A DNA stretch of 64,000 bases from NCBI GenBank assembly GCA_028699085.1, contig JAQVVF010000003.1:25721-89720 (forward strand), read 5' to 3'. The position numbers and the translations under genes were made by a program. The notes beneath the pieces are model-generated. The model saw nothing but the letters and a program-made list of their open reading frames with translations, searched no databases and had not been told where the DNA came from. Shown piece after piece: positions 12,448-22,764 of the stretch (the stretch's first letter is position 1; the number at the start of each line of letters is the position of its first letter). This DNA is from Patescibacteria group bacterium (GTDB taxonomy: Bacteria > Patescibacteriota > JABMPQ01 > JAQVVF01).

Positions 12448-12631
12448 AATTAACTAATATAACATATTATTATACAAAAATACCTATTTTTAAGCAAACA
12501 AAAAGACCCTATCCTGGGTCTATGCGAAAAGTGCATGCCTCCATTCTCCTTACCTCTCTAGATATCGTTTCGTTTTCTAAAATTTTTGCTTCCATTTTGG
12601 AAGCTAAAATTAGGCTCCCTCCTTCTCTTTC

Positions 12632-13303
12632 CTAGGGAGCAACATTGCGGCTTTTGTTTGCCGCAAGATCTTGTGAAACAAGAACGCCTTGAATACTTCT
12701 ATAGCAAGTATATATATTATCAGCCAATCTTTCAATATCATCTGCATCAATACCATGCTTATTAAACATTGCTTTTCTCAAATTACCAGTACTAGAAAAA
12801 ATGCGTTTATCCTTCAACAAAAGTGCTAATTTCCGATTTAAAAATATATTAGTTCCCGTCTGATCAATAAAGAATCTCCACACTGATACAGCCCCCTGAA
12901 CATGAACGCAAGCGCTATATCCATCATCTCCAATTTTCAACACTTGCCAATAATCACTGCCAAATCCACTAAAATTTTGTTTTTCAACAATTTCTAATTC
13001 ATTATCTCCAATATGGAATCCTAAAAGCTCATAACCTCTTTTTTGCAAAGACCACTTTTTACAAGCGGTAACTACACATAATGAAGACAGTTTCACTATT
13101 CCTAACAAAAAAGATAAATCTACGATTACAGAACCAGTCCTAAAAGGAAGAACAATTCTTCGTTCTTCATCCCAAAAACGAACACTGTCAATTGCTAATT
13201 TTCTATCGCTATTACTAGTAGCAAAAGCAAATATTTCATTTCTTAAATTTAATAATCGTTTTGTAGAACCGATCTCAACCAAATCTGCCTCTATCCATAG
13301 CAT
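12632..13303 (-). CDS. Orphan hypothetical protein
   Basis: ORF track starts at 13345, but SD AAGGAGG points to ATG 13303 (MLWIEAD). Confidence 0.65.
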   Translation of the reverse strand: MLWIEADLVEIGSTKRLLNLRNEIFAFATSNSDRKLAIDSVRFWDEERRIVLPFRTGSVIVDLSFLLGIVKLSSLCVVTACKKWSLQKRGYELLGFHIGDNELEIVEKQNFSGFGSDYWQVLKIGDDGYSACVHVQGAVSVWRFFIDQTGTNIFLNRKLALLLKDKRIFSSTGNLRKAMFNKHGIDADDIERLADNIYTCYRSIQGVLVSQDLAANKSRNVAP

Positions 13304-13365
13304 CTTCGCCTCCTTTTTTCTTCTTGAAAATTGTTCAAAGAACATTTATAATTAACCAATATCAT

Positions 13366-13394
13366 ACTATAATGTAGTTAAACATGTCTGTCAA
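13366..13394 (-). promoter_or_regulatory. Sigma70-type promoter for the orphan gene, overlapping the uvrC start
   Basis: TTGACA-17-TATAGT. Confidence 0.65.
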
Positions 13395-15147
13395 TAAAGC
13401 CACAATTAAAAATATCCCTAATAAACCTGGTGTTTATCTTTTTAGAGATGCAAAAAAACAGATACTCTATGTTGGAAAAGCAAAAGATCTCAAAAAAAGG
13501 CTAAATTCATACTTTCAAAACGCGAATAGTTTAGCTTTAGATAAGATAAAAATGGTTAATCAAGCCAAAACAATTGATTATATTTTAACAACAAATGAAT
13601 TAGAAGCATTGTTGCTAGAATCAAATTTAATTAAACAACATCGTCCTAAATATAATGTCATTCTCAAAGATGACAAAAACTATAAATATATCAAAATCGA
13701 CTATCAAGACAACTTTCCAAAAATTTATTCTGTACGAAAGATTGAAAAAGGCCCTGCACAATATTTTGGCCCATTTACCGACGGCTACGCTGTAAATCAA
13801 ACTCTTGATCTATTACAAAAGATATTTAAATATCGAGATTGCGAAAAAGACCTGAACAAAAAATTTGGACAAAGAGAATGTCTTAAATATCATATCAAAA
13901 GATGCCTTGCTCCATGTATTGGCAAAGTAACAAAAGAAGAATACGATCAAACAATTAGACAATGCGAACTATTTCTAAAGGGAAAACAAAATCAGATCGC
14001 CAAAAATCTTGAAGAAAAAATGAAACAAGAATCAGCGAATAAAAATTTTGAACGAGCTGCAAAATTAAGAGATCGCCTAAAAGATATTAATACAATCATT
14101 AAAAAACAAATTATTATCTCAACAAAACAAGAAAACCAAGATTATATCTCACTTTATCGAAAAGATACTGACTTTATTATTAATCTTTTTATAGTTCGTG
14201 AGGGCAAGCTAATTGGCAAAGAAGATTTTCTACTTAAAGCCGATTTTAATACCAATAACTCAGAATTGCTAGAATCATTTATCAAACAATATTATCAAAA
14301 ACAAACTGACCGACCAAAAGAACTGATCTTACCAGAAACAATCAATGATCAAGATTTAATTGAAAAATGGTTAAAATTGACCATAACTATTCCAAGCATT
14401 GGCAAAAAAAAGCAAATGCTTGATTTAGGAATAAAAAATGCAATTGAATATTCTAAGCGAAAATTTGATAATTCTGCTGTTGGAGAAAAAATATCAATTC
14501 TTAGCAATCTTCAGAAAATATTGAATTTGAATAGCCTGCCTAATCGGATTGAATGTTATGATATTAGCAATATTCAAGGCAAAGAGGCTACCGGCTCAAT
14601 GGTTGTTTTCCAAAATGGCTTTCCTAGTAAAAAAGAATATCGCCTCTTCAAGATTAAAACTGTTTTTCAAGCCAATGATGTTGCTATGATCAAAGAAGTT
14701 TTAGAAAGAAGAGTTCACAACAGCTGGCCAAGTCCAAACCTTATTATCATTGATGGCGGAAAACCACAAATCAATGCTGCTTTACAGGTTTTAGGCGAAC
14801 ATAATTGGCAAACATCCTTGATTTCATTAGCCAAAAGATTTGAAGAAATTCATACCTTAAATAACCAAGATCCTATAAAATTACCAGCCGAATCTAAAGA
14901 ACTTCATTTGCTTCAACAAATTAGAGACGAAGCTCATCGTTTTGCAATTACCTATCATAAAAAACTTCGATCTAAAAAATCGATTATCTCCTCTTTAGAC
15001 GAAATACAAGGTTTAGGTCCAAAATATAAAAAATCATTACTTTTAAAATTCGGAAATATTGAAAATATTAAAAATGCCAGCCTTGAAGAATTGACAAAAG
15101 CCTCGAACAAAAAAATTGCTCAACTAATAAAACAAAACTTATCTTAA
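13384..15147 (+). CDS. uvrC: Excinuclease ABC subunit C
   Basis: GIY-YIG (PGVYLF..YVGKAKDL), RIECYDISN, IDGGKPQ, RDEAHRFAI, HhH. Confidence 0.99.
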   Translation: MSVNKATIKNIPNKPGVYLFRDAKKQILYVGKAKDLKKRLNSYFQNANSLALDKIKMVNQAKTIDYILTTNELEALLLESNLIKQHRPKYNVILKDDKNYKYIKIDYQDNFPKIYSVRKIEKGPAQYFGPFTDGYAVNQTLDLLQKIFKYRDCEKDLNKKFGQRECLKYHIKRCLAPCIGKVTKEEYDQTIRQCELFLKGKQNQIAKNLEEKMKQESANKNFERAAKLRDRLKDINTIIKKQIIISTKQENQDYISLYRKDTDFIINLFIVREGKLIGKEDFLLKADFNTNNSELLESFIKQYYQKQTDRPKELILPETINDQDLIEKWLKLTITIPSIGKKKQMLDLGIKNAIEYSKRKFDNSAVGEKISILSNLQKILNLNSLPNRIECYDISNIQGKEATGSMVVFQNGFPSKKEYRLFKIKTVFQANDVAMIKEVLERRVHNSWPSPNLIIIDGGKPQINAALQVLGEHNWQTSLISLAKRFEEIHTLNNQDPIKLPAESKELHLLQQIRDEAHRFAITYHKKLRSKKSIISSLDEIQGLGPKYKKSLLLKFGNIENIKNASLEELTKASNKKIAQLIKQNLS

Positions 15148-15151
15148 ATTT

Positions 15152-15301
15152 ATGACCAACAACCATTACAACCACATCCAAGAAGAACTAGAAAAAAAAG
15201 CAGAAAAAAAGGAAAACCGCAAAGACAAAATGAAAATTTCCGGCCAAAGCGTTAGGAAATTAGCCAAAATTATTAAAGAAAAAGGCCAAAAAAAATCCTA
15301 A
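15152..15301 (+). CDS. Small basic protein, 49 aa (below ORF-track cutoff)
   Basis: MTNNHYNHIQEELEKKAEKKENRKDKMKISGQSVRKLAKIIKEKGQKKS; starts 4 nt after the uvrC stop. Confidence 0.65.
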   Translation: MTNNHYNHIQEELEKKAEKKENRKDKMKISGQSVRKLAKIIKEKGQKKS

Positions 15302-15342
15302 ATAAAACTTAGGAAATAAAGATCAAATTCTTAAAATATAAA

Positions 15343-15780
15343 CTACCAAGTACGCGAATTTGGATGGCCTACAGCTCGCGCTTGCGCATTATGATCATCC
15401 CAGTTCACGCTCAACCTCATCAATTCATCAAATTCAGCCTGATTAGAACCAATTTCTTCCAAGGTCGCACCAGAAATTTTCAGATGCTCCTTCACACGAT
15501 TCAGATATCCAGTTGCACCTTTCTTGTGAGCTCGCAACCGCGCAGCATCCAAATCAGCAAGTGCCAATGTCTTGTGCTTTCGTTTCTGCAATTCACCAAT
15601 TTCCAAAACCAAATCCACACTTGAAGATTCTTCAGCCAACTTCAATGCTGCACTGCATTCTTCCCAATAGTCACGATACACATGAAAACCTTTTTCAATG
15701 CCTACAGAATGACAAAAATTTCCAACATTAACATGTTTACGCAAAAATTCCATTCTTTCTGACAAAGTTTCTGGACCCAT
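15343..15780 (-). CDS. Orphan hypothetical protein
   Basis: 145 aa, higher GC, SD GAGGAGG and TTGACT/TATAAT promoter upstream. Confidence 0.7.
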   Translation of the reverse strand: MGPETLSERMEFLRKHVNVGNFCHSVGIEKGFHVYRDYWEECSAALKLAEESSSVDLVLEIGELQKRKHKTLALADLDAARLRAHKKGATGYLNRVKEHLKISGATLEEIGSNQAEFDELMRLSVNWDDHNAQARAVGHPNSRTW

Positions 15781-15899
15781 CCCAGACCTCCTCTCTCTGC
15801 CCTAGTGGCTAGTTATATTATACTATATTAACAAAAAAGTCAACAATTGATTGACAGTATTTTGCCAGATTGCTAAAATGTAAAATACAGTTTAAAAAA

Positions 15900-17057
15900 A
15901 TGAATCCCACAAAACCAAACAAAATTCGTTTTATTATTTTGATTGTAATTCTAATTATTACCGTTGTCTTTGGTACCCTAATAATTACCGATAAAAATCA
16001 TGTTCTTTTAGCAAAAATTACTCGCACACCTCAACAAAAAAACACAACTAAGATTATTGTTAATGATAAAGATCAAAAAAAAGAATTTACTTCCGAAAAA
16101 GAATCATTGCAAGAAGCTTTGAAAGATAATAATATTTCTATTTTTCAACATGACATTGTAACACCAAAATTAGACACTAATATCAAAAAATACAGTCTAC
16201 TTATAGTTGATATTCAAAGGAAATACGCTGTTACAATTATTGATAAAAAAAATAAACAAGAAATTGTTACTGACAAAAATATTATTAAGGATATTCTAAA
16301 AGAGCAAAAAATTAAGCTAATTAAAGAAGACACGATTATTCCAAATTTGAATGACAAAATCGAACACAACGGAAAAATAATAATCTCCAGAGCAAATTCT
16401 GTAAATATCATAGTCGATGGTCAGGAAAGAAATATCAAGACTCATTTAAAAAAAGTTGACAAAATCATCGCTCAAGCTGGTATTAAATTGGACAAAGATG
16501 ATTATTCTATCCCAGACAAAAACTCTAAAATAAAAAATAATGCTAGTATCGAAATTATTCGAGTTACCAAAAAAACTGAAACAACAAAAGATGAAATTGC
16601 TTTTGAAACAGAAACAGAATATTCAGATCAGATGTACGAAGATGAACAAAAAGTCACCCAAGAAGGTGCAAACGGAATTCTTGAGAAAATCTATGAAATT
16701 AAGTTGGAGAATAATAAAGAAATCAGCAGAAAACTAGTTTCAGAAAAAAACACCCTAGAACCACAAAACAAAATTATTGTTTACGGCACAAAAAAACACC
16801 CTATTGGAAAAATAATTACTGGCGGCCGCGCAACTTATTATTATGGACCAACGATTGCAGCCTGTAACCTCTTTCCAGCCGGAACAAGGCTAAAAGTCAC
16901 AAATACAAGTACTGGTCAGAGTATTGAAGTCACAGTTGACGATACTGGTGGGTTCGGCTGGCCAACAGTAATCGATTTACGTTATGATTATTTCGAAAAA
17001 ATCGGTGGCACAGTCAGTGCCGGCGTAATTAATGTCACAATTGAAGAAATACTTTAA
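15900..17057 (+). CDS. DUF348 repeats + G5 domain + RlpA-like DPBB domain (YabE/RpfB-like cell-wall protein)
   Basis: N-terminal TM, three ubiquitin-like repeats, G5 (QEGANG...IVYGTK), RATYY..GTRLKVTN..VDDTG..IDL; start likely ATG 15900. Confidence 0.88.
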   Translation: MNPTKPNKIRFIILIVILIITVVFGTLIITDKNHVLLAKITRTPQQKNTTKIIVNDKDQKKEFTSEKESLQEALKDNNISIFQHDIVTPKLDTNIKKYSLLIVDIQRKYAVTIIDKKNKQEIVTDKNIIKDILKEQKIKLIKEDTIIPNLNDKIEHNGKIIISRANSVNIIVDGQERNIKTHLKKVDKIIAQAGIKLDKDDYSIPDKNSKIKNNASIEIIRVTKKTETTKDEIAFETETEYSDQMYEDEQKVTQEGANGILEKIYEIKLENNKEISRKLVSEKNTLEPQNKIIVYGTKKHPIGKIITGGRATYYYGPTIAACNLFPAGTRLKVTNTSTGQSIEVTVDDTGGFGWPTVIDLRYDYFEKIGGTVSAGVINVTIEEIL

Positions 17058-17131
17058 AAATACCAAATCTATTGCCAAATTGCTAATCCTATGCTAAAAT
17101 CAAAGAACTAGAATAAATTTTTTAAAATAAA

Positions 17132-17198
17132 CATTGTTCAACAATTGAACAATCGAACATATCTAACCTATCTAACTAGTCTAACTAGTTTAACTCAT
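17132..17198. repeat. Stacked 8-nt (AACAATTG-like) and 9-nt (TCTAACTAG-like) degenerate arrays
   Basis: caacaattgaacaatcgaacat + atctaacctatctaactagtctaactagtttaact. Confidence 0.75.
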
Positions 17199-17211
17199 AA
17201 ATCAAAAACGC

Positions 17212-17427
17212 ATGTCCAATATTTTAAGCATTATCCAAATTGTTATCTCGGTTTTTCTGATGATCACTATTTTAATTCAAAATAAAGGCGTCGGATTATC
17301 TGCCACCTTTGGCGGTGAAGGCAATGTTTACCGTACCAAAAGAGGTGCAGAACGAGCCATTTTTATAACTACAATAGTTTTGGCTGTACTTTTTCTAGTT
17401 ACGGCAATGCTAAATCTGTTTTTCTAA
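17212..17427 (+). CDS. secG: Preprotein translocase SecG
   Basis: Two TMs around ILIQNKGVGLSATFGG..TKRGAE. Confidence 0.95.
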   Translation: MSNILSIIQIVISVFLMITILIQNKGVGLSATFGGEGNVYRTKRGAERAIFITTIVLAVLFLVTAMLNLFF

Positions 17428-17441
17428 ACCAAACTAGCTAA

Positions 17442-19163
17442 ATGAACAAATTTAACCAGGAGGACAAAAAACAAACATTTCCTCGTTTTTCGCAGCTTAA
17501 ATATCTTCCAAAAGCCTTAAACAAAAAAGAAAAAATCCTAAGTTTATGCTTAATCATAATTTTGATTCTTAGTTTAGGATTTTTGAGTTATCAGCAATAT
17601 ACAAAAAGAATTGAGGTAATTGCGAAAGATGGCGGTAAATATACTGAAGGCGTTGTTGGTACGCCAAAATTTATTAATCCAATCTATTCTCAAACCAATG
17701 ATGTTGACTCGGATTTAACCAAATTGATTTATCGCGGATTAATGAAGTATAACAATAATCAAGAACTTGTACCTGACCTTGCTGAATCTTACGAGATTTC
17801 CAAAGATAAAAAAATATATACTTTCAAATTAAAAAATAATATCAAATGGCACAACAATGAACCATTTACTACTGATGATGTTATTTTTACAGTATCTGCA
17901 ATTAAGAATCCTGAATATCAAAGTCCTTTGCAAATTAATTTTGAAGGTGTTGAAGTCAGCAAAATCGACGACTATACCGTTCAATTTACATTATTAAAAG
18001 ATAAATATTCTCCATTTCTAACTGAAAACACTCTTTTTGGCATAATCCCTAAAAAAGTTTGGGAAAGCATTCCACCAAAAAATGCTCCTTTTTCTGAACA
18101 AAATTTAGTTCCAGTAGGATCAGGCCCTTTCAAATTTAAAGAATATAAAAAAGATAAAACTAGTGGTCAAATTATTTCTTACACTCTAGAAAAATTTAAT
18201 GATTATTATGGCAAAAAACCATATCTTTCTGAAATAATTTTCAAATTCTACAATGATTATCCTGATCTTATAACTGCTTATAATAAAAAACAAATTGATG
18301 CTATCAGCTATGTTCCATTTGAAGAACAGCAAAATATTAAAAAAGAAATTAACTCTTTTAGCTTAAATTTACCACATTATTATGCTATCTTTTTTAATAC
18401 CAATGAAAATGATGCATTAAAATATAAACCTGTTCGACAAGCTTTGAGCTATGCAGTTGATCGCGAAAAAATCGTCAACGAAATTTTAAACAAACAAGCA
18501 ATTCAAATTGATTCTCCCATTCTTCCAAATTATCAAGAATATAACCCAGACAGTAAAAAATATAATTTGGATTTAGAGAAAGCAAAAAAGACTTTAAAAA
18601 AAGGTGGCTGGAATAAAAAAGAAAATGTTTTATCTTTTGAAGATACAAAATTAGAAGTAACTTTAACCATAATCAATCAACCAGAATTCCAAAAAATTGC
18701 TGAAATTATTAAATCAAATTGGGAAAGCATAGGCGCTAAAGTGAACATCGAAGCTTTAGAAGCTACTGATCTTCAATCTAACTATATTCGTCCTAGAAAA
18801 TATCAAGCTCTTCTTTATGGACAATTGTTAGGTCATGATCCAGATCCTTATCCTTTTTGGCATTCTTCACAAACTAAAGATCCAGGTCTAAATCTTTCTT
18901 CTCTAGAAAGAGATAATATTGATAAACTTTTAGAAACTGCTCGCCAGCAAATCAATCCTGAAGAAAGAAAAAAAACCTATCAGAAATTTCAAGAACTTTT
19001 AATTAACGAAGCTCCTGCAATATTTTTATACAGTCCTACTTATTTGTATGGACAGAATAAAAAAATCAAAGGCTTCAATCAAAAATTTACTTTTGTTCCA
19101 TCAGACCGATTTTCAGATGTGGAAAATTGGTACATCAAAACAAAATTAAAAATAAAAAATTAA
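17442..19163 (+). CDS. ABC transporter substrate-binding protein, family 5 (OppA/DppA-like)
   Basis: PDLAESYEIS, YTFKLK..KWH, PVGSGPFK, VRQALSYAVDR. Confidence 0.93.
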   Translation: MNKFNQEDKKQTFPRFSQLKYLPKALNKKEKILSLCLIIILILSLGFLSYQQYTKRIEVIAKDGGKYTEGVVGTPKFINPIYSQTNDVDSDLTKLIYRGLMKYNNNQELVPDLAESYEISKDKKIYTFKLKNNIKWHNNEPFTTDDVIFTVSAIKNPEYQSPLQINFEGVEVSKIDDYTVQFTLLKDKYSPFLTENTLFGIIPKKVWESIPPKNAPFSEQNLVPVGSGPFKFKEYKKDKTSGQIISYTLEKFNDYYGKKPYLSEIIFKFYNDYPDLITAYNKKQIDAISYVPFEEQQNIKKEINSFSLNLPHYYAIFFNTNENDALKYKPVRQALSYAVDREKIVNEILNKQAIQIDSPILPNYQEYNPDSKKYNLDLEKAKKTLKKGGWNKKENVLSFEDTKLEVTLTIINQPEFQKIAEIIKSNWESIGAKVNIEALEATDLQSNYIRPRKYQALLYGQLLGHDPDPYPFWHSSQTKDPGLNLSSLERDNIDKLLETARQQINPEERKKTYQKFQELLINEAPAIFLYSPTYLYGQNKKIKGFNQKFTFVPSDRFSDVENWYIKTKLKIKN

Positions 19164-19187
19164 TTCTCCAAAATTTTATTTTATCTA

Positions 19188-19271
19188 GCCCTGGTGCTGG
19201 AACTGGCATACAGGCTAGCTTCAGGAGCTAGTGCCCTCACGGGCGTGAGAGTTCAAATCTCTCTCAGGGCA
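19188..19271 (+). tRNA. tRNA-Leu(CAG)
   Basis: Acceptor GCCCTGG/TCAGGGC+A, anticodon arm CTAGC-TTCAGGA-GCTAG, long variable arm, T-arm GAGAG-TTCAAAT-CTCTC; CCA not encoded. Confidence 0.95.
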
Positions 19272-19293
19272 TTTACGAAAACCACCAAATTTT

Positions 19294-19890
19294 ATGATAA
19301 AAAATGTTATCTTTGACATTGATGGCATGATTATTAAGAGAGAAATGTATTTTAGCCAATATTATTCACAAAAATTCAATGTTCCTTCAGAAATAATGCT
19401 TCCCTTTTTTAATAATGAATTTCAGCTTTGTCTAATTGGAAAAGCTGATCTAAAAAAAGAAATAGCCAAATATCTTAATTCATGGAAATGGAAAAAATCA
19501 GTCGATGATTTTCTCTTACTTTGGTTCGAATACGAAAGTAATCTAGATAATAGAGTTTTAGAAAGCATAAAAAAGCTAAGAAAGAAAAAGATTAATTGTT
19601 ATATCGGTACTGACAATGAAAAATATCGAGTCAATTATCTTCTTAATAATCTGAAATTAGCAAAACATTTTGATGGAATTTTTGCTTCTTCCAAAATTGG
19701 TTACCAAAAAACACAACAAGAGTTTTGGTCAAAAGTTTACGAAAGCCTAAAACAACCTAACAAATCAGAAGTCTTATTTTGGGACGATGATAAAAAAAAT
19801 GTAAAGTCAGCACAAGATTTTGGTTTTAATGCTAAAATCTATACTAACTTTTCGAATTACGAAAACAAAATAAAATTATTAATTAATTAA
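19294..19890 (+). CDS. HAD-superfamily hydrolase
   Basis: VIFDIDG motif I, LFWDD motif IV. Confidence 0.92.
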   Translation: MIKNVIFDIDGMIIKREMYFSQYYSQKFNVPSEIMLPFFNNEFQLCLIGKADLKKEIAKYLNSWKWKKSVDDFLLLWFEYESNLDNRVLESIKKLRKKKINCYIGTDNEKYRVNYLLNNLKLAKHFDGIFASSKIGYQKTQQEFWSKVYESLKQPNKSEVLFWDDDKKNVKSAQDFGFNAKIYTNFSNYENKIKLLIN

Positions 19891-19969
19891 CAAACAATTT
19901 AACATTTAACAAACAAAAAAATAAAACATTTTAAAATAAATTTTTATTTTACTTACAAATTAAACTTAT

Positions 19970-21661
19970 ATGAACAACAAATTTATACCGAAATTAAAAA
20001 TTATTCCGCTAGGCGGATTAGAAGAAATAGGTCGAAATATGACCTTAATTGAATATGCAAGAGACATTATCATTATTGATATGGGCTTGCAATTTCCAGA
20101 AGAAAATATGCCTGGAATTGATTATATCATTCCAAACATCGCCTATTTAAAAGGCAAAGAAAACTATATTAGAGGCGTTATTATTACTCATGGTCATTTT
20201 GACCACATTGGCGCTATCCCTCACATTATGGATCGCATTGGCAATCCGACTATTTTCACTGCCAAATTGACAAGAGCAATGATTGAAAAACGCCAAGAAG
20301 AATTTGATAAAAAAGAAAAATTATCAATTTATACAATTAATGAACAAGACCAAATTCAACTTGGTCAATTTAAAGTTGAATTTTTTAAAGTCAATCACAA
20401 TATTCCAGATGGCTATGGAGTAATCGTCCACTCACCTGTTGGCACTGTAATTCATACCGGCGATTTTAAATTTGACCCAACTCCTATTGGCGATTTACCA
20501 GCCAATAAAGAAAAATTAGCAAAAATGGGAAAACAAGGTGTCTTAGCTTTGATGTCAGATAGCACTGGTGCTGAAAGTCCTGGCCATTCCATTTCTGAAA
20601 AAACAATCATGGAAACTTTAGGAAAAATTATTGCTGAAGCTAAGGGCAGAATTATTTTAGCCACTTTCTCATCACTAATTTCTCGTATTCAACAAGTTAT
20701 TTTTATTGCTGAAAAATTAGGCAAAAAAGTTGCCATTGAGGGTTTCTCCATGAAAACTAATGTTGAAATCTGTAGAAAATTAGGATATCTAAAAACTGGT
20801 AAAAAGATTTTAATCAGCACTAAACAAGCTCTAAAATTACCAAAAGATAAAATAATTATTCTCTGCACTGGTGCTCAAGGTGAAGAAGCAGCTGTTTTAA
20901 TGCGCATCGCCAATCAAGACCACAAGGAAATTGAAATTGAAAAAGGAGACTCTGTCATCTTTTCTTCATCAGTAATTCCAGGTAATGAACGAAGTGTTCA
21001 AAGATTAAAAGATAATTTGACAAGATTAGGCGCTGATATTTTTCATGTTAAAATGATGGATGTCCATGCCGGCGGACACGGTTTTGTTGATGATCTTACT
21101 GAAATGATCACCTTAACAAAACCAAAATATTTTATTCCAGTTCACGGCAATCACTTCATGTTAAAACTACATGGAGATATTGCTAAAAACACCAATTTAG
21201 TACCAGAAAAAAATATTTTTATTTGCGACAATGGCCAAATTATGGAATATCATAAGCAAGACGAAACTATAGTTGGTGAACTAACAAAACGAAAAGTCCC
21301 AGCTGGACACGTTATGGTTGATGGACTTGGAGTTGGCGATGTTTCTAATGTTGTATTAAGAGATCGTCAAGCAATGGCCGAAGATGGCATGTTTGTAATA
21401 ATCTTAACCATGGATGGCAAGACTGGAAAATTAGTCAGTGATCCTGATATTATTTCTCGAGGCTTTGTCTTTATGAAAGAATCAAAAAGATTAATTGGCC
21501 AAACAAAAGAAAGAATCAAAAGAATTGTTATCGATCATGATCCAAGAACTTCATCAAATGATACTTATATCAGAAACAAAGTCCGTGATCAAATTGGTCA
21601 ATTTTTATTTACTAAGACTCAAAGAAGACCAATGATCTTGCCAGTTATCATCGAAATATAA
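19970..21661 (+). CDS. rnj: Ribonuclease J
   Basis: PLGGLEEIGRN, THGHFDHIG, HTGDFKFD, HAGGH, PVHG, RRPMILPVI. Confidence 0.98.
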   Translation: MNNKFIPKLKIIPLGGLEEIGRNMTLIEYARDIIIIDMGLQFPEENMPGIDYIIPNIAYLKGKENYIRGVIITHGHFDHIGAIPHIMDRIGNPTIFTAKLTRAMIEKRQEEFDKKEKLSIYTINEQDQIQLGQFKVEFFKVNHNIPDGYGVIVHSPVGTVIHTGDFKFDPTPIGDLPANKEKLAKMGKQGVLALMSDSTGAESPGHSISEKTIMETLGKIIAEAKGRIILATFSSLISRIQQVIFIAEKLGKKVAIEGFSMKTNVEICRKLGYLKTGKKILISTKQALKLPKDKIIILCTGAQGEEAAVLMRIANQDHKEIEIEKGDSVIFSSSVIPGNERSVQRLKDNLTRLGADIFHVKMMDVHAGGHGFVDDLTEMITLTKPKYFIPVHGNHFMLKLHGDIAKNTNLVPEKNIFICDNGQIMEYHKQDETIVGELTKRKVPAGHVMVDGLGVGDVSNVVLRDRQAMAEDGMFVIILTMDGKTGKLVSDPDIISRGFVFMKESKRLIGQTKERIKRIVIDHDPRTSSNDTYIRNKVRDQIGQFLFTKTQRRPMILPVIIEI

Positions 21662-21677
21662 TAATTAATTTTAAAAT

Positions 21678-22667
21678 ATGCCTAAAATAGTTTTTTCTGG
21701 TATTCAACCAACAGGTTCCTTACATATTGGTAATTACTTTGGTGCTTTAAAAAATTGGTTGGAATTTCAAAAACAAGGAGACCTTTGTTATTTCTGCGTT
21801 GTTGATTTACATGCCATTACGATTGATTACGATCCAAAACAATTTCAAGACAAAATATTAGACACAATTGCAACCTACATTGCTTGTGGAATTAATCCGG
21901 AAAAATCAATTATTTTTATTCAATCAAAAATCAAAGAGCATTCAGAATTAGCTTGGCTTTTAAATTCTATTACACCAGTTTCCGAACTTGAAAGAATGAC
22001 TCAATACAAGGACAAAAAAATCCAACATGCTAAAAACATTAATGCTGGCTTATTAGATTATCCTGTTTTGATGGCTGCTGATGTTTTACTTTATAATACA
22101 AATACAATTCCTGTTGGCTATGATCAAAAACAACATGTTGAACTAGCTAGAACAATTGCTAATAAATTTAATGCTAAATTTGGCCAGACTTTTACAATTC
22201 CAGAACATTTTATTCCAGAAGTTGGTGCTAAAATAATGTCGCTGTTAGAGCCAACTAAAAAAATGTCAAAATCACATAATCCAAAATCATATATTTCTTT
22301 ATCTGATTCCAAGCAAGATATTGAGAAAAAAATTATGTCTGCTGTTACTGATTCTGATAATAAAATATTCTTTGATCCAGAGAAAAAACCAGCTATCTCA
22401 AATTTGTTATCAATCTATCATCTTGCAACTGGTTGGACTTTGCAACAAATCCAAGATAAATATAAAGATTCAACTAGCTATGCTCAATTCAAAAAAGATT
22501 TAGCTAACGAATTAGTGAAATTATTAAAACCAATTCAAGATAAAAAACAAGAATTACTAAAAGATAAAACAAAACTCTTAGAAATTCTACAAGCCAGTAC
22601 AAATAAAGCCCAAGAACAAGCCAAAAAAACAATGGAAAAAGTTAAACAAAAAATGGGATTAATTTAA
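21678..22667 (+). CDS. trpS: Tryptophanyl-tRNA synthetase
   Basis: SGIQPTGSLHIGN, YPVLMAAD, PVGYDQKQH, KMSKS. Confidence 0.99.
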   Translation: MPKIVFSGIQPTGSLHIGNYFGALKNWLEFQKQGDLCYFCVVDLHAITIDYDPKQFQDKILDTIATYIACGINPEKSIIFIQSKIKEHSELAWLLNSITPVSELERMTQYKDKKIQHAKNINAGLLDYPVLMAADVLLYNTNTIPVGYDQKQHVELARTIANKFNAKFGQTFTIPEHFIPEVGAKIMSLLEPTKKMSKSHNPKSYISLSDSKQDIEKKIMSAVTDSDNKIFFDPEKKPAISNLLSIYHLATGWTLQQIQDKYKDSTSYAQFKKDLANELVKLLKPIQDKKQELLKDKTKLLEILQASTNKAQEQAKKTMEKVKQKMGLI

Positions 22668-22710
22668 TTTCCCATCTACCGGTAAACAAGAAAATAACTA
22701 AATTATAAAT

Positions 22711-22743
22711 AAAAAAACGAGATTTCAAAAACTCGTTTTTTTT
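22711..22743. terminator. Bidirectional intrinsic terminator
   Basis: A7-CGAG-ATTTCAAAAA-CTCG-T8 between convergent trpS and pgm. Confidence 0.85.
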
Positions 22744-22764
22744 AACAATTTATCTTTTTAAAAT

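Noticed and set aside
12510-12630. 28-aa ORF MEAKILENETISREVRRMEACTFRIDPG with SD-like purine tracts
   Set aside because: The SD is too far from the ATG, the ORF runs into a terminator hairpin, and nothing else supports it.
19272-19890. Integrated element at tRNA-Leu
   Set aside because: No integrase and no duplicated tRNA 3' end were seen.
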